A stretch of DNA of 34,706 nucleotides from a virus, in the IMG/VR virus record IMGVR_UViG_3300033127_000099, positions 1 to 34,706 of that record, one strand, 5' to 3'. Below, in pieces: positions 22,695-30,429 of the stretch. Positions within the stretch are counted from its first letter, which is position 1, and the number at the start of each line of letters is the position of its first letter. Under the pieces are notes generated by a model. The model did not search any database and was not told the origin of the DNA. It was given only the letters and a program-made list of their open reading frames with translations. The translations under genes and the position numbers were made by a program.

Positions 22695-22837
22695 TGATAT
22701 TAGGTGTTTGTGTGGATTTTTATTGTTTTTTCAATGAAGAAATGAAGAAATGAAGTTTTTTTGAAAGATAAAAAGTTTCAAAAGTAAATAATAGTAAAAT
22801 ATATATAATAGGGGGGCCGTTTTTCATCATTCTTCAT
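22630..22837. repeat. Iteron cluster with an AT-rich stretch: putative replication origin
   Basis: TTCTTCAT at 22630, 22649, 22661 and 22830. Its complement ATGAAGAA at 22734 and 22742, plus a partial ATGAAG at 22750. AT-rich 22760-22810 lies between. Located at and after the 3' end of the primase-helicase gene. Confidence 0.5.
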
Positions 22838-22948
22838 TAAGTCTCGATAAACAAAGTTTTGCTTATACTTTAATATGTGGGTTTTTAACTAGACTTAAAT
22901 CTCTAAACAATATATGATTAATCTAATTAGTTGGAAGTAGGAGTTTTT

Positions 22949-23530
22949 ATGCAAGAAATTAAAGGCCCTGGATCACGTGAGTTGATCAGGGAAGAGCGAT
23001 CTAAGGTCAGTGACTTGATCTTATCCACTCAAGGCAAAACAGACCAAGATCCTGGTTATTATGTGAGCAGAGCTCAGATAGCTCGTGAGTTAGGTATTGA
23101 TGATAGTATAACAGCTCAAACAAGGCGCCTAGACGCTCGTATAACGGTCGCAAGACAAACCTTGAGTAAAATTGGCTACATTGTGTTCAACGAGCCTGAC
23201 AAGGGATATAGAATCGCTGAAGACATCAAACAGCGTGAGATTGAGATGACCAAAGCTTTGCTTAGAGCTGTAGCACTTATGAGAAATGTCAGGAATATCA
23301 ATATTCGCTATCAAGCGGGTATGAGAAATGAAGGTTTAGAAGTCCCAGAGGCTTTTCAGAACATTAGAGACATCGAATTATTGATTCCTAGGATCCAAGA
23401 TATAGCAAATGAGGCCAAAATGGTCGTAAATGCCCGAAAACAGGATGACGGACCTCAAATGAAGCCGTCTCAGGTCATCTATGAGGAAAATAGAGCAGAA
23501 AGGATTGAGAATGCCAGTTACAGCGACTGA
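22949..23530 (+). CDS. Winged-helix/HTH DNA-binding protein (regulator or origin-binding candidate)
   Basis: ATG at 22949 with RBS GGAAGTAGGAG. The segment YVSRAQIARELGIDDSITAQTRRL ... GYIVFNEPDKGYRI looks like an HTH plus wing. Confidence 0.5.
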   Translation: MQEIKGPGSRELIREERSKVSDLILSTQGKTDQDPGYYVSRAQIARELGIDDSITAQTRRLDARITVARQTLSKIGYIVFNEPDKGYRIAEDIKQREIEMTKALLRAVALMRNVRNINIRYQAGMRNEGLEVPEAFQNIRDIELLIPRIQDIANEAKMVVNARKQDDGPQMKPSQVIYEENRAERIENASYSD

Positions 23531-23777
23531 AGTGGGCCGTTTTTTGAGAAAAGCACGAGAAAAATCGGGTTTAACCCAAAAAGAGTTATCTGTGGCAATT
23601 GGCTACACTTCAGCTCAGATCATTTCTAATGTGGAAAGGGGTCTAGCTGGGCCGCCACTTCTAAAAGTGGTGTCTTGGTGTGAAAAAGTGAGTGCTAACC
23701 CCAAGAAAGTGAAGTTGTTGATGATTAAACGATACAAAAAACAGTTGGAAGAGGTATTTTATGAAAACAGAGTTTAA
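23511..23777 (+). CDS. XRE-family helix-turn-helix transcriptional regulator
   Basis: VGRFLRKAREKSGLTQKELSVAIGYTSAQIISNVERG is a classic XRE/Cro-type HTH. The ATG at 23511 (RBS AGGATTGAG) is preferred to 23481. Confidence 0.75.
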   Translation: MPVTATEVGRFLRKAREKSGLTQKELSVAIGYTSAQIISNVERGLAGPPLLKVVSWCEKVSANPKKVKLLMIKRYKKQLEEVFYENRV

Positions 23778-24657
23778 TAAGTTTATTTCATTGTGGAATC
23801 AAAACGTAAATGAGGCTAAAGCTATTGTTGTAGCTAGGCAGTCTATGCAAATAAAAATAGCAGAATACGCTCTAGAGGTTTGTGAAATTGATTGGGGTGG
23901 CGTTCACTCCAAGTATAGTGACAAGTTTACGATGAAAAGATTCGCAGAAGAAATTGGCCTTAATGCAAGGACATTATCGACATATATTAACATTAAAAAA
24001 AACGTATTTGATAAGCTAGATCAAAACCTACAAACAAAGGCTAGCTATACAATTATGCATCACGTAGCGCGCACAGTAGATAGGTCAACAACAAAGAAAA
24101 TCCTTAGACAAAAAGTTAAAAATGAATTGAGTTTTGCAGCAGTCGACAGAAAACTTATCTCATATACAAAAGCTTTAAGGTCATTGTGTCATTTGTTTGA
24201 AAAGGGAGAGCCACAAATAGATGGAAGCAAGACGGTTTTAGAAGAAGTTAAGTATTATGCAACAACTTTAAAGGAGCTTGTTGATCAACATATACCTGAA
24301 GTTAAGCCTTTTAACCACAATGTTATTAGCAATTATTCAGCGAAACACTTAAGCGCAAATGAAGCCCTTGGAACAATAAAAACAGATAGGCCTAATTTGA
24401 ACAAATTAGAAACAACAATTGTGTCACCAGATGGACTGAGTGAAGTTCAACTCAGAACAAAGGATTTAAAAGTTTTAAAGCTTTTAAAACAATCAAAAAA
24501 AGCTTTGGGTCCAACGGAAATTGGAATGAGAGTTGAAAATTTAAGTCGATCAAATGCTAGCGCATGGGCACTGAGGTCTATTAGGAAAATGATGGAAGTG
24601 GGTTTATTGGAGCGCACAAAAGAAGGTCGTTATAAGGTGGCTAATCATGTTAAATAA
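23761..24657 (+). CDS. Hypothetical 298-aa protein with a C-terminal winged-helix-like segment
   Basis: C-terminal GPTEIGMRVENLSRSNASAWALRSIRKMMEVGLLERTKEGRYKV resembles a MarR-like wHTH. The N-terminal part was not recognised. Confidence 0.45.
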   Translation: MKTEFNKFISLWNQNVNEAKAIVVARQSMQIKIAEYALEVCEIDWGGVHSKYSDKFTMKRFAEEIGLNARTLSTYINIKKNVFDKLDQNLQTKASYTIMHHVARTVDRSTTKKILRQKVKNELSFAAVDRKLISYTKALRSLCHLFEKGEPQIDGSKTVLEEVKYYATTLKELVDQHIPEVKPFNHNVISNYSAKHLSANEALGTIKTDRPNLNKLETTIVSPDGLSEVQLRTKDLKVLKLLKQSKKALGPTEIGMRVENLSRSNASAWALRSIRKMMEVGLLERTKEGRYKVANHVK

Positions 24658-24907
24658 AATAGATTGCCCTTCATATATTCAAACTTATTTAGAGACACCT
24701 TCAGAGGAGCTTTTAGGCGACAAGCCAGACCCTTCAGAAGTTGCAATAGTGCCTTGGGATCAATTTCACACTTTGATGACGTTAGTGGCGGCAAATAATA
24801 ACAAAATAATAGAAGTGAATACTTTAGTTTCGGACATGATTGAGTCTTATTCTAAATATCCGAGTCCTATTTTACAAAGAGCTAAGGTTTATATGGAGGG
24901 AAAATGA
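24647..24907 (+). CDS. Hypothetical early protein (86 aa)
   Basis: RBS AAGGTGG. It overlaps the upstream stop and has an ATGA overlap downstream. Confidence 0.45.
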   Translation: MLNKIDCPSYIQTYLETPSEELLGDKPDPSEVAIVPWDQFHTLMTLVAANNNKIIEVNTLVSDMIESYSKYPSPILQRAKVYMEGK

Positions 24908-25125
24908 GAAACCTAAAAGAAGGAGACGTTTTAGCTCCAAGAATTTACAAAGAATTTATTCAGGAGTGGTTTAAGAAAACAGGCTGTTTACCTGTAAATA
25001 TATATGTTCAAGGAACTAAAAAAGCAGAGAATATTGAATACAGAGTTTATGATGGAAAGCAATATTTAGATAAGAAATTAAGGGTTGTTCCAGTAACAAA
25101 TGATTTTAACAAAAGAGTTATGTGA
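24904..25125 (+). CDS. Hypothetical early protein (73 aa)
   Basis: Translationally coupled on both sides. No motif recognised. Confidence 0.45.
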   Translation: MRNLKEGDVLAPRIYKEFIQEWFKKTGCLPVNIYVQGTKKAENIEYRVYDGKQYLDKKLRVVPVTNDFNKRVM

Positions 25126-25349
25126 TGACAATCAATCTTCCTGAATGGTTTTTACAAGCATTGTCTGTAGTTTTATTTATCCATGCGGTGGCGACACTTA
25201 TTGAAAATTACTACGAGGGCAAATACAAGAAAATGAAGTCGGCAATGATGGGGATGGAGATGGCTGTGCGCTTAGGTGAGCTAAATCCAGAGAAAATTAA
25301 TGAAGACTTAAAAAGAATGATGGAAAGTGTTGGGGAGAGAATTAAGTGA
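25122..25349 (+). CDS. Small membrane protein (start GTG 25122 or ATG 25125)
   Basis: The hydrophobic segment WFLQALSVVLFIHAVATLI is followed by a charged tail. Confidence 0.45.
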   Translation: MMTINLPEWFLQALSVVLFIHAVATLIENYYEGKYKKMKSAMMGMEMAVRLGELNPEKINEDLKRMMESVGERIK

Positions 25350-25582
25350 AAACTGATCCAGATGAGTTAGTACAGGTAACAGAGATTAAATATGAAATTC
25401 CAGAAGGATATAGAATTGATTTTACAGGTCTTACTAAGCGGGAATATTTTGCGGCAATGGCTATGCAGGGTATGCACGCAAATCCTCAAATATGGTCAAC
25501 AAGTATTGAGCCAGAGACTGTGCCAGTTATGGCGGTTAAGCAAGCCGATGCTTTAATTAAGGAGCTTAATCGTGAAGATTGA
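25346..25582 (+). CDS. Hypothetical early protein with an REYFAAMAMQGM motif
   Basis: GTGA overlap upstream. The motif recurs in small prophage proteins of unknown function, as far as I recall. Confidence 0.45.
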   Translation: MKTDPDELVQVTEIKYEIPEGYRIDFTGLTKREYFAAMAMQGMHANPQIWSTSIEPETVPVMAVKQADALIKELNRED

Positions 25583-25919
25583 GAGGCCAGCCAGTGGGTA
25601 TGAGATAGTTGAGTGCTCAGGCTTTCAACAATGGTGGGATGATCACATTGAGCCAATCAACAAAATGCTGAGTGATTCTAAACAGCGTACTGTTTATATG
25701 TACGAAGGCAATGTCTTCTGGGATGTAGCTGAAACACACTATAGCAATCGTCCCTTAGTTAAAACAGCGAATATCATAAACATCCAGCCGATCAAAAAAG
25801 AAACCGCTGAGGATGTGTTGAGGGAGATTTACAAACATCAAACTGATAAATGGTCTTATGCTAAAGATGAACCAATGGATGAGTTATTAAAAAGAGCCAG
25901 GGCGGTGCTGGGTGAGTGA
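25572..25919 (+). CDS. Hypothetical early protein (115 aa, GTG start)
   Basis: It overlaps the upstream ORF by 11 nt. No motif recognised. Confidence 0.4.
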   Translation: MKIERPASGYEIVECSGFQQWWDDHIEPINKMLSDSKQRTVYMYEGNVFWDVAETHYSNRPLVKTANIINIQPIKKETAEDVLREIYKHQTDKWSYAKDEPMDELLKRARAVLGE

Positions 25920-26006
25920 GTTTATATTGTTTTTAAACCAACCATTTGTTTGGGACATAACTAATTATCAAGCTCTAGTTCTGGCTATATTGATTGGAGG
26001 AATAAG

Positions 26007-26330
26007 ATGAATAAGCCGAGGGAGTTTTGGATATCAGCAGAGTGGCCTAGAAAAAGTAATTTTGGTTTGCAGGTTTATGCGCATCAACCCGAGTTAAACG
26101 GTTATATGCACGTCATAGAAAAATCAGCATATGACAAAGCTGTGTGCCTTAATCAGTTATTATTGTTAGATTGCGAAAAGGTAAGAAAGTTAAACAATAA
26201 ATTACAAGAAAAATACGACAAAGCGGTTGAGGCTTTAAAACGAATAGAGTCGACAAATATTGACGATGAGGATAGATGCAGGTTTGAGTGCTGGGCAAGA
26301 AGAACCCTAAAAGAACTGGGGGAGTTGTGA
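26007..26330 (+). CDS. Hypothetical coiled-coil protein (107 aa)
   Basis: RBS GGAGGA. The central region looks like heptad repeats (KVRKLNNKLQEKYDKAVEALKRIE). Confidence 0.45.
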   Translation: MNKPREFWISAEWPRKSNFGLQVYAHQPELNGYMHVIEKSAYDKAVCLNQLLLLDCEKVRKLNNKLQEKYDKAVEALKRIESTNIDDEDRCRFECWARRTLKELGEL

Positions 26331-26449
26331 GTTGTTGGTTCGGATTTCACCAATGGTTTTATAAATATGAACGGCGGTCTTGGCCGACATCTAGGTTTTG
26401 TAAGAGATGTTTAAAACAAGAATGGTTAGAAATGGAGAATCATAAATGA
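26327..26449 (+). CDS. 40-aa Cys/His mini-protein, zinc-ribbon-like (absent from the ORF track)
   Basis: GTGA overlap with the upstream stop and ATGA overlap with the downstream start. Translation VSCWFGFHQWFYKYERRSWPTSRFCKRCLKQEWLEMENHK (C..H ... CxxC). Confidence 0.4.
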   Translation: MSCWFGFHQWFYKYERRSWPTSRFCKRCLKQEWLEMENHK

Positions 26450-26814
26450 CCCTATCTGAATACTTAAAATCCATTAAAGAACGATGTGAGGCTGCGACTG
26501 AGGGGCCTTGGGACAAAAACCCCATCATGGATTTACGCAAGGGTGGGTTGTTTATGCATGGTTATGCTGGCAACAAGAGTCCATTAGTTAGGTGTGAGGG
26601 TCAATCACCGCAGTCACTCTATAATTATAATTTCATAGCCCACGCCCGCACCGATGTTGAGGTGTTGGTGGAGATGGCTGGATTATTAGTCGAGAGGTTT
26701 GAAGACTGTTGTGATTGCGATGAAGATGAAGGCCATTTTTGCGGCGATTGCGATTTAAGAAAAGAACTTGAAGCCCTAGTGCCTGGGGCGAAGGATGAGG
26801 TAAGTGATGGATGA
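26446..26814 (+). CDS. Hypothetical protein with an Ea22-like CEAAT.GPW motif
   Basis: The N-terminal KERCEAATEGPW resembles the ATPGPW motif of Ead/Ea22-like prophage proteins (from memory). The C-terminus is rich in Cys and Asp. Confidence 0.4.
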   Translation: MTLSEYLKSIKERCEAATEGPWDKNPIMDLRKGGLFMHGYAGNKSPLVRCEGQSPQSLYNYNFIAHARTDVEVLVEMAGLLVERFEDCCDCDEDEGHFCGDCDLRKELEALVPGAKDEVSDG

Positions 26815-27007
26815 GAAGAAACCAAGGACATTTAAAGTTTATGCTTTTAATAAAATTACAAAGAGAGTTGAGACCGAGGCGACAATAAAAACAAAACCAA
26901 TAGATGACTATAGTTTAAGAAGATTGGCACTAAAAGAGGTTGAAAAGTTTGAAAAAGATTTAGATATAAAGGCTTGTTGGGATTACGAAGGAAAGTTAGA
27001 TGTTTAG
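26804..27007 (+). CDS. Hypothetical early protein (67 aa)
   Basis: It overlaps the upstream ORF by 11 nt. No motif recognised. Confidence 0.4.
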   Translation: MMDEKKPRTFKVYAFNKITKRVETEATIKTKPIDDYSLRRLALKEVEKFEKDLDIKACWDYEGKLDV

Positions 27008-27041
27008 ATGTCAAACTTATAACCAAAAGCGTGAGGGTTAA

Positions 27042-27254
27042 ATGCGCGAAATACATATAGTGGAAGTAAGAGCATATTCTCAATGGGATTTAGCAACATG
27101 GCCCCAAAGAATATTTGTTTTGTTTGGTACTCCTGTAATTTTATTTTGGATTCTATATTTCTTTGCTTTAGTTGAGGGCAAATTAGAGCCATGCAAGGAC
27201 TATAAAAAATTATGGTTATGTGAGATCAAAACCCAAGAGAGTGAGGCGGAGTGA
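27042..27254 (+). CDS. Small membrane protein (70 aa)
   Basis: Hydrophobic segment IFVLFGTPVILFWILYFFALV. GTGA coupling to the next ORF. Confidence 0.4.
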   Translation: MREIHIVEVRAYSQWDLATWPQRIFVLFGTPVILFWILYFFALVEGKLEPCKDYKKLWLCEIKTQESEAE

Positions 27255-27535
27255 CCGAGAAAACAAAAGCTAAGATTGAGGCCATGGCATACAAACACAG
27301 TAGGTGCGAGCCACCTGTTATGGCAAACAATGCTTTGAGTATAAATAGATTCTATGGTGTGGTCGATGGAGCTAAGCCCTGGGCCGAGTGGTGTGAGAGG
27401 CTTGAAGAGAAGCTTGCTTGCAATTGCGATTTTTTGGGCTATCAAGGAGCTCTATCTAAAAGCGGACTATGTTCATCTTGTGAGATAAAAAAAGAATACA
27501 ACCAATGGCTTGAAGACACCGAGCAGCGTGATTAA
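27251..27535 (+). CDS. Cys-rich hypothetical protein (94 aa, GTG start)
   Basis: Several Cys residues, including CNC and CSSC. No family recognised. Confidence 0.4.
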   Translation: MTEKTKAKIEAMAYKHSRCEPPVMANNALSINRFYGVVDGAKPWAEWCERLEEKLACNCDFLGYQGALSKSGLCSSCEIKKEYNQWLEDTEQRD

Positions 27536-27578
27536 AATTTAAGCCCGACCTAGCCTTTATTCAACGGGAGTAATCAAT

Positions 27579-28151
27579 ATGAAAAATGGGGGCATTATGG
27601 ATGATATTGCAGTTGTTGGGGCAGTAGCCGCAATTGTTTTGGCAGGTTGGTTTTTATTTAAGGTTTTAAATAGAAGCGAAAACGTTGAAGTAAACTTTCA
27701 AGAAAAATTATCATCAATGCAGAATGAACTTCACGTTATGGCAGATAAACATGATGCCATGGATATGAAAAATAGAGACAAACAAGCTCAAATCAATGCA
27801 GTAATGAAAGATGTAAAAGAGATGATTGAAGAGCTAAAGTCTATTAATGAGCAAATAGACGCTGCTCATGATTATATGGATCGAATTAGAAAGTCTTTAA
27901 CCAGAGTCGATCACACTCCAAAGAAAGTTGAGCTTATCGTCGACCCCACAAAACCATTACCAGTAAAAATCGTAAAAAGAGCACCTGTTAGAAAAAAAAC
28001 AATAACAAGGAAGACAACTGTGCGAACTAAATCAGGGACGAAGTCTATTAGCGAGTCGAACACTGTTCCATTGAAGGGATCGGTGAGTTCATTTCGTAAA
28101 GTGAAAAAAAAAGTAACAAAGAAGAAAAAGAAAGCTACAAAGAAACGCTAA
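27579..28151 (+). CDS. Membrane-anchored coiled-coil protein with an extremely Lys-rich C-terminal tail
   Basis: N-terminal TM segment IAVVGAVAAIVLAGWFLF, a helical middle part, and the C-terminus ...FRKVKKKVTKKKKKATKKR. Confidence 0.5.
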   Translation: MKNGGIMDDIAVVGAVAAIVLAGWFLFKVLNRSENVEVNFQEKLSSMQNELHVMADKHDAMDMKNRDKQAQINAVMKDVKEMIEELKSINEQIDAAHDYMDRIRKSLTRVDHTPKKVELIVDPTKPLPVKIVKRAPVRKKTITRKTTVRTKSGTKSISESNTVPLKGSVSSFRKVKKKVTKKKKKATKKR

Positions 28152-28172
28152 AAAAGATCAAAGGCCAACTAA

Positions 28173-28433
28173 ATGAATTGTGACTCAAACCCTCTTATTG
28201 AATATTTGATAGCTTCAGTTAAAATGAAGCGCAAATTAGTTGAAGAGATGGACTCAAGAGACAATCAGCTTTTGAGTTACAAGAGGGTAGGAATGATGGC
28301 GGCTTACAATATTGTTTTAGAAGATCTAGATCAGTGTCGATTTTTAGATGCGAGTAATATTATGTCTGAAAAAGAAACTGAGTTAGCGGTTGCTAAGATA
28401 TTAGAGCAACACGGATACAAGTCTAAAGACTAG
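28173..28433 (+). CDS. Hypothetical protein (86 aa), last gene before the packaging module
   Basis: ORF on the same strand. No motif recognised. Confidence 0.4.
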   Translation: MNCDSNPLIEYLIASVKMKRKLVEEMDSRDNQLLSYKRVGMMAAYNIVLEDLDQCRFLDASNIMSEKETELAVAKILEQHGYKSKD

Positions 28434-28491
28434 TGACTTGACTTTTACCCCGCACAACCGAAAAGATGATAAGATATCATTGAGGTGAAAA

Positions 28492-28890
28492 ATGCCAGCT
28501 GGACGGCCTACAAAATATGATCCAAAGTATTGCGACGAAATAATTGAGTTTATGAAAGACGGTCGATCAATCGTCGCTTTTGCAGCTCACATTGAGGTTG
28601 CAGACGTAACTCTTTACGAGTGGAAGAAAGTTCACCCAGAATTTTCTAGGGCTATAAAGGTCGCAATGGCTAAATGCCAGTCCTGGTGGGAAGATCAGGG
28701 GAGAATGGGGCTCCACACTGGTCGAGGTGAAGGCTTTTCTCAGAGTGCATGGATCTTCAATATGAAGGCTCGTTTTGGGTATCGAGACAAGCAAGAGCTC
28801 GATGTTAACCATGAAGGAAAGATCGAGCTCGGTTATAATCTCGACTATGCACCAGGTGATATGGTAAAAAGAGAAGAGAGTGACGACTAG
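28492..28890 (+). CDS. terS: Terminase small subunit
   Basis: N-terminal MPAGRPTKYDPKYCDEIIEFM... and ...TLYEWKKVHPEFSRAIK are the classic HTH N-terminus of small terminases. RBS GAGGTGA. It overlaps the terL start. Confidence 0.8.
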   Translation: MPAGRPTKYDPKYCDEIIEFMKDGRSIVAFAAHIEVADVTLYEWKKVHPEFSRAIKVAMAKCQSWWEDQGRMGLHTGRGEGFSQSAWIFNMKARFGYRDKQELDVNHEGKIELGYNLDYAPGDMVKREESDD

Positions 28891-30235
28891 CTCTACTCCG
28901 AATCTAAGACAATTCAAACCATTAAAGCACCAGTATGAGGTAATCTATGATGTTAGAAAAACTTTTGATTATTCTCTTGGTGTGCACGAGTTCTTGCTTA
29001 GCGGTGCAGTGGGCTCTGCGAAGTCGCTCACTCTTGCTCACCTTGTCGCTACTCATTGCATTTCATATCCTGGTGCTATTGCTGGCCTTGGTCGCTTGGC
29101 ATTACCTCGATTAAAAGAAACATTATGCATGAAGATCAGAGAGCATTTGTTTGAGGTCGGTGCAGGATTAGAGTACCGATACAACGAAACAACTGGTAAC
29201 TTTCAATTCAATAACGGATCAAAGATGATTGCGTTTAGCTGGGCTGATAAGAACTATCAGAAGTTTAGATCTTATGAGTTAAGCTGTATGGCTTTTGAAG
29301 AGCTATCTGAAAACAAGGGGGATCACAAAAGTGCGTATATGGAAGCATATCAAAGGGTCGGTCGACTCACTCATGTACCAGAGGCATGGGTTGGAGCTGC
29401 CAGTAACCCAGACTCACCAAGCCACTGGGCATACGAGCACTTCATGCAGAATGCCTCCCCACAGCGAAAGGTTTATTACTCCGTCACAAGAGACAACCCA
29501 TACCTTCCTGAATCTTACGTCGACAATCTCATGCTCACACTCGACGAGAAAGAAATCAGAAGAATGGTATATGGAGAATGGATTGAAATATCGAGTGAGG
29601 TAGTTTACCACGCTTATGATCGAGAAAGGAACTTCAAGAATGAAAGTTATACCGTTATGCCAAGATACCCAGTGTGCGTGGCATTTGATTTCAACATCGC
29701 ACTCGGAAAGCCTCTGTCAATTGCTTTCATTCAGCATATCAAGGGGCAAACTCATTGTTTCGGCGAAGTCACAGTCGAGGGACTTAGAACTAGAGATGCT
29801 CTTGAAGAAGCATGGTCTAGAGGACTTCTTCCCCCCGAACATAGATACATTATTCATGGAGACCAAACTGGAAAACATTCAGATACAAGGGGCAACGAGC
29901 ACGACTACATCATTATCGAAAGGTTCTTCCAAGAGATGGGCCTCGATTATGAAATGGATATTCCGACGAAAAACCCACCGATAAAGAAACGTCATGCGCT
30001 AGTCAATGGTCGTATTTGCAATGCTCATGGTAGGTGTAACTTGTTTGTTTACAAGGATGCACCGATGACCGACAAAGGTTTGCGTTTAACTTCGCTGAAA
30101 AAAGGGTCACAATATGTTGAAGATGATAAGCCCGATTATCAACATATTACGACGGCGGTAGGGTATTCGATATGCGCGCAGATAGACAAAGAAAGTTACG
30201 GAAGCTACCGAGGGGCTGCCGTGATTGGCAGATAA
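28880..30235 (+). CDS. terL: Terminase large subunit
   Basis: Walker A-like LSGAVGSAKS, Walker B-like CMAFEELSE, nuclease-half acidic motifs VAFDFN and IHGDQTG. 451 aa, between terS and the portal gene. Confidence 0.9.
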   Translation: MTTSSTPNLRQFKPLKHQYEVIYDVRKTFDYSLGVHEFLLSGAVGSAKSLTLAHLVATHCISYPGAIAGLGRLALPRLKETLCMKIREHLFEVGAGLEYRYNETTGNFQFNNGSKMIAFSWADKNYQKFRSYELSCMAFEELSENKGDHKSAYMEAYQRVGRLTHVPEAWVGAASNPDSPSHWAYEHFMQNASPQRKVYYSVTRDNPYLPESYVDNLMLTLDEKEIRRMVYGEWIEISSEVVYHAYDRERNFKNESYTVMPRYPVCVAFDFNIALGKPLSIAFIQHIKGQTHCFGEVTVEGLRTRDALEEAWSRGLLPPEHRYIIHGDQTGKHSDTRGNEHDYIIIERFFQEMGLDYEMDIPTKNPPIKKRHALVNGRICNAHGRCNLFVYKDAPMTDKGLRLTSLKKGSQYVEDDKPDYQHITTAVGYSICAQIDKESYGSYRGAAVIGR

Positions 30236-30417
30236 AGTACAGGCAAACACTAGAAGATGGGGTATTTTTTGATACTTGTGAAGATGCTACGGAGCATTGG
30301 GACGATGATTGGGTTGTTTGTCCAGTTTGTTTAGGTACTATAGACTTCATAGTTGACGATGACGGAGAATCGTACATAGAAGTCACGCATCAAGAAATAG
30401 ACACAACTGAGCACTAG
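30172..30417 (+). CDS. Hypothetical acidic 81-aa protein with a CPVC motif; the start overlaps the terL 3' end by 64 nt
   Basis: The only in-frame start is the ATG at 30172. It fills the terL-portal gap. Contains WVVCPVCLG. Confidence 0.35.
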   Translation: MRADRQRKLRKLPRGCRDWQIKYRQTLEDGVFFDTCEDATEHWDDDWVVCPVCLGTIDFIVDDDGESYIEVTHQEIDTTEH

Positions 30418-30429
30418 CAAAGGAATGGT

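Noticed and set aside
22731-22755. Tandem 8-nt repeats (aatgaaga x3) as a possible CRISPR-like or satellite array
   Set aside because: The repeat unit is far too short, there are no spacers, and no cas genes are present. The pattern fits iterons of an origin better.
29295-29984. + strand alternative-frame ORFs (29295..29603 and 29616..29984) inside terL
   Set aside because: They lie within the terminase large subunit gene in another frame. The terL frame carries the recognisable motifs.
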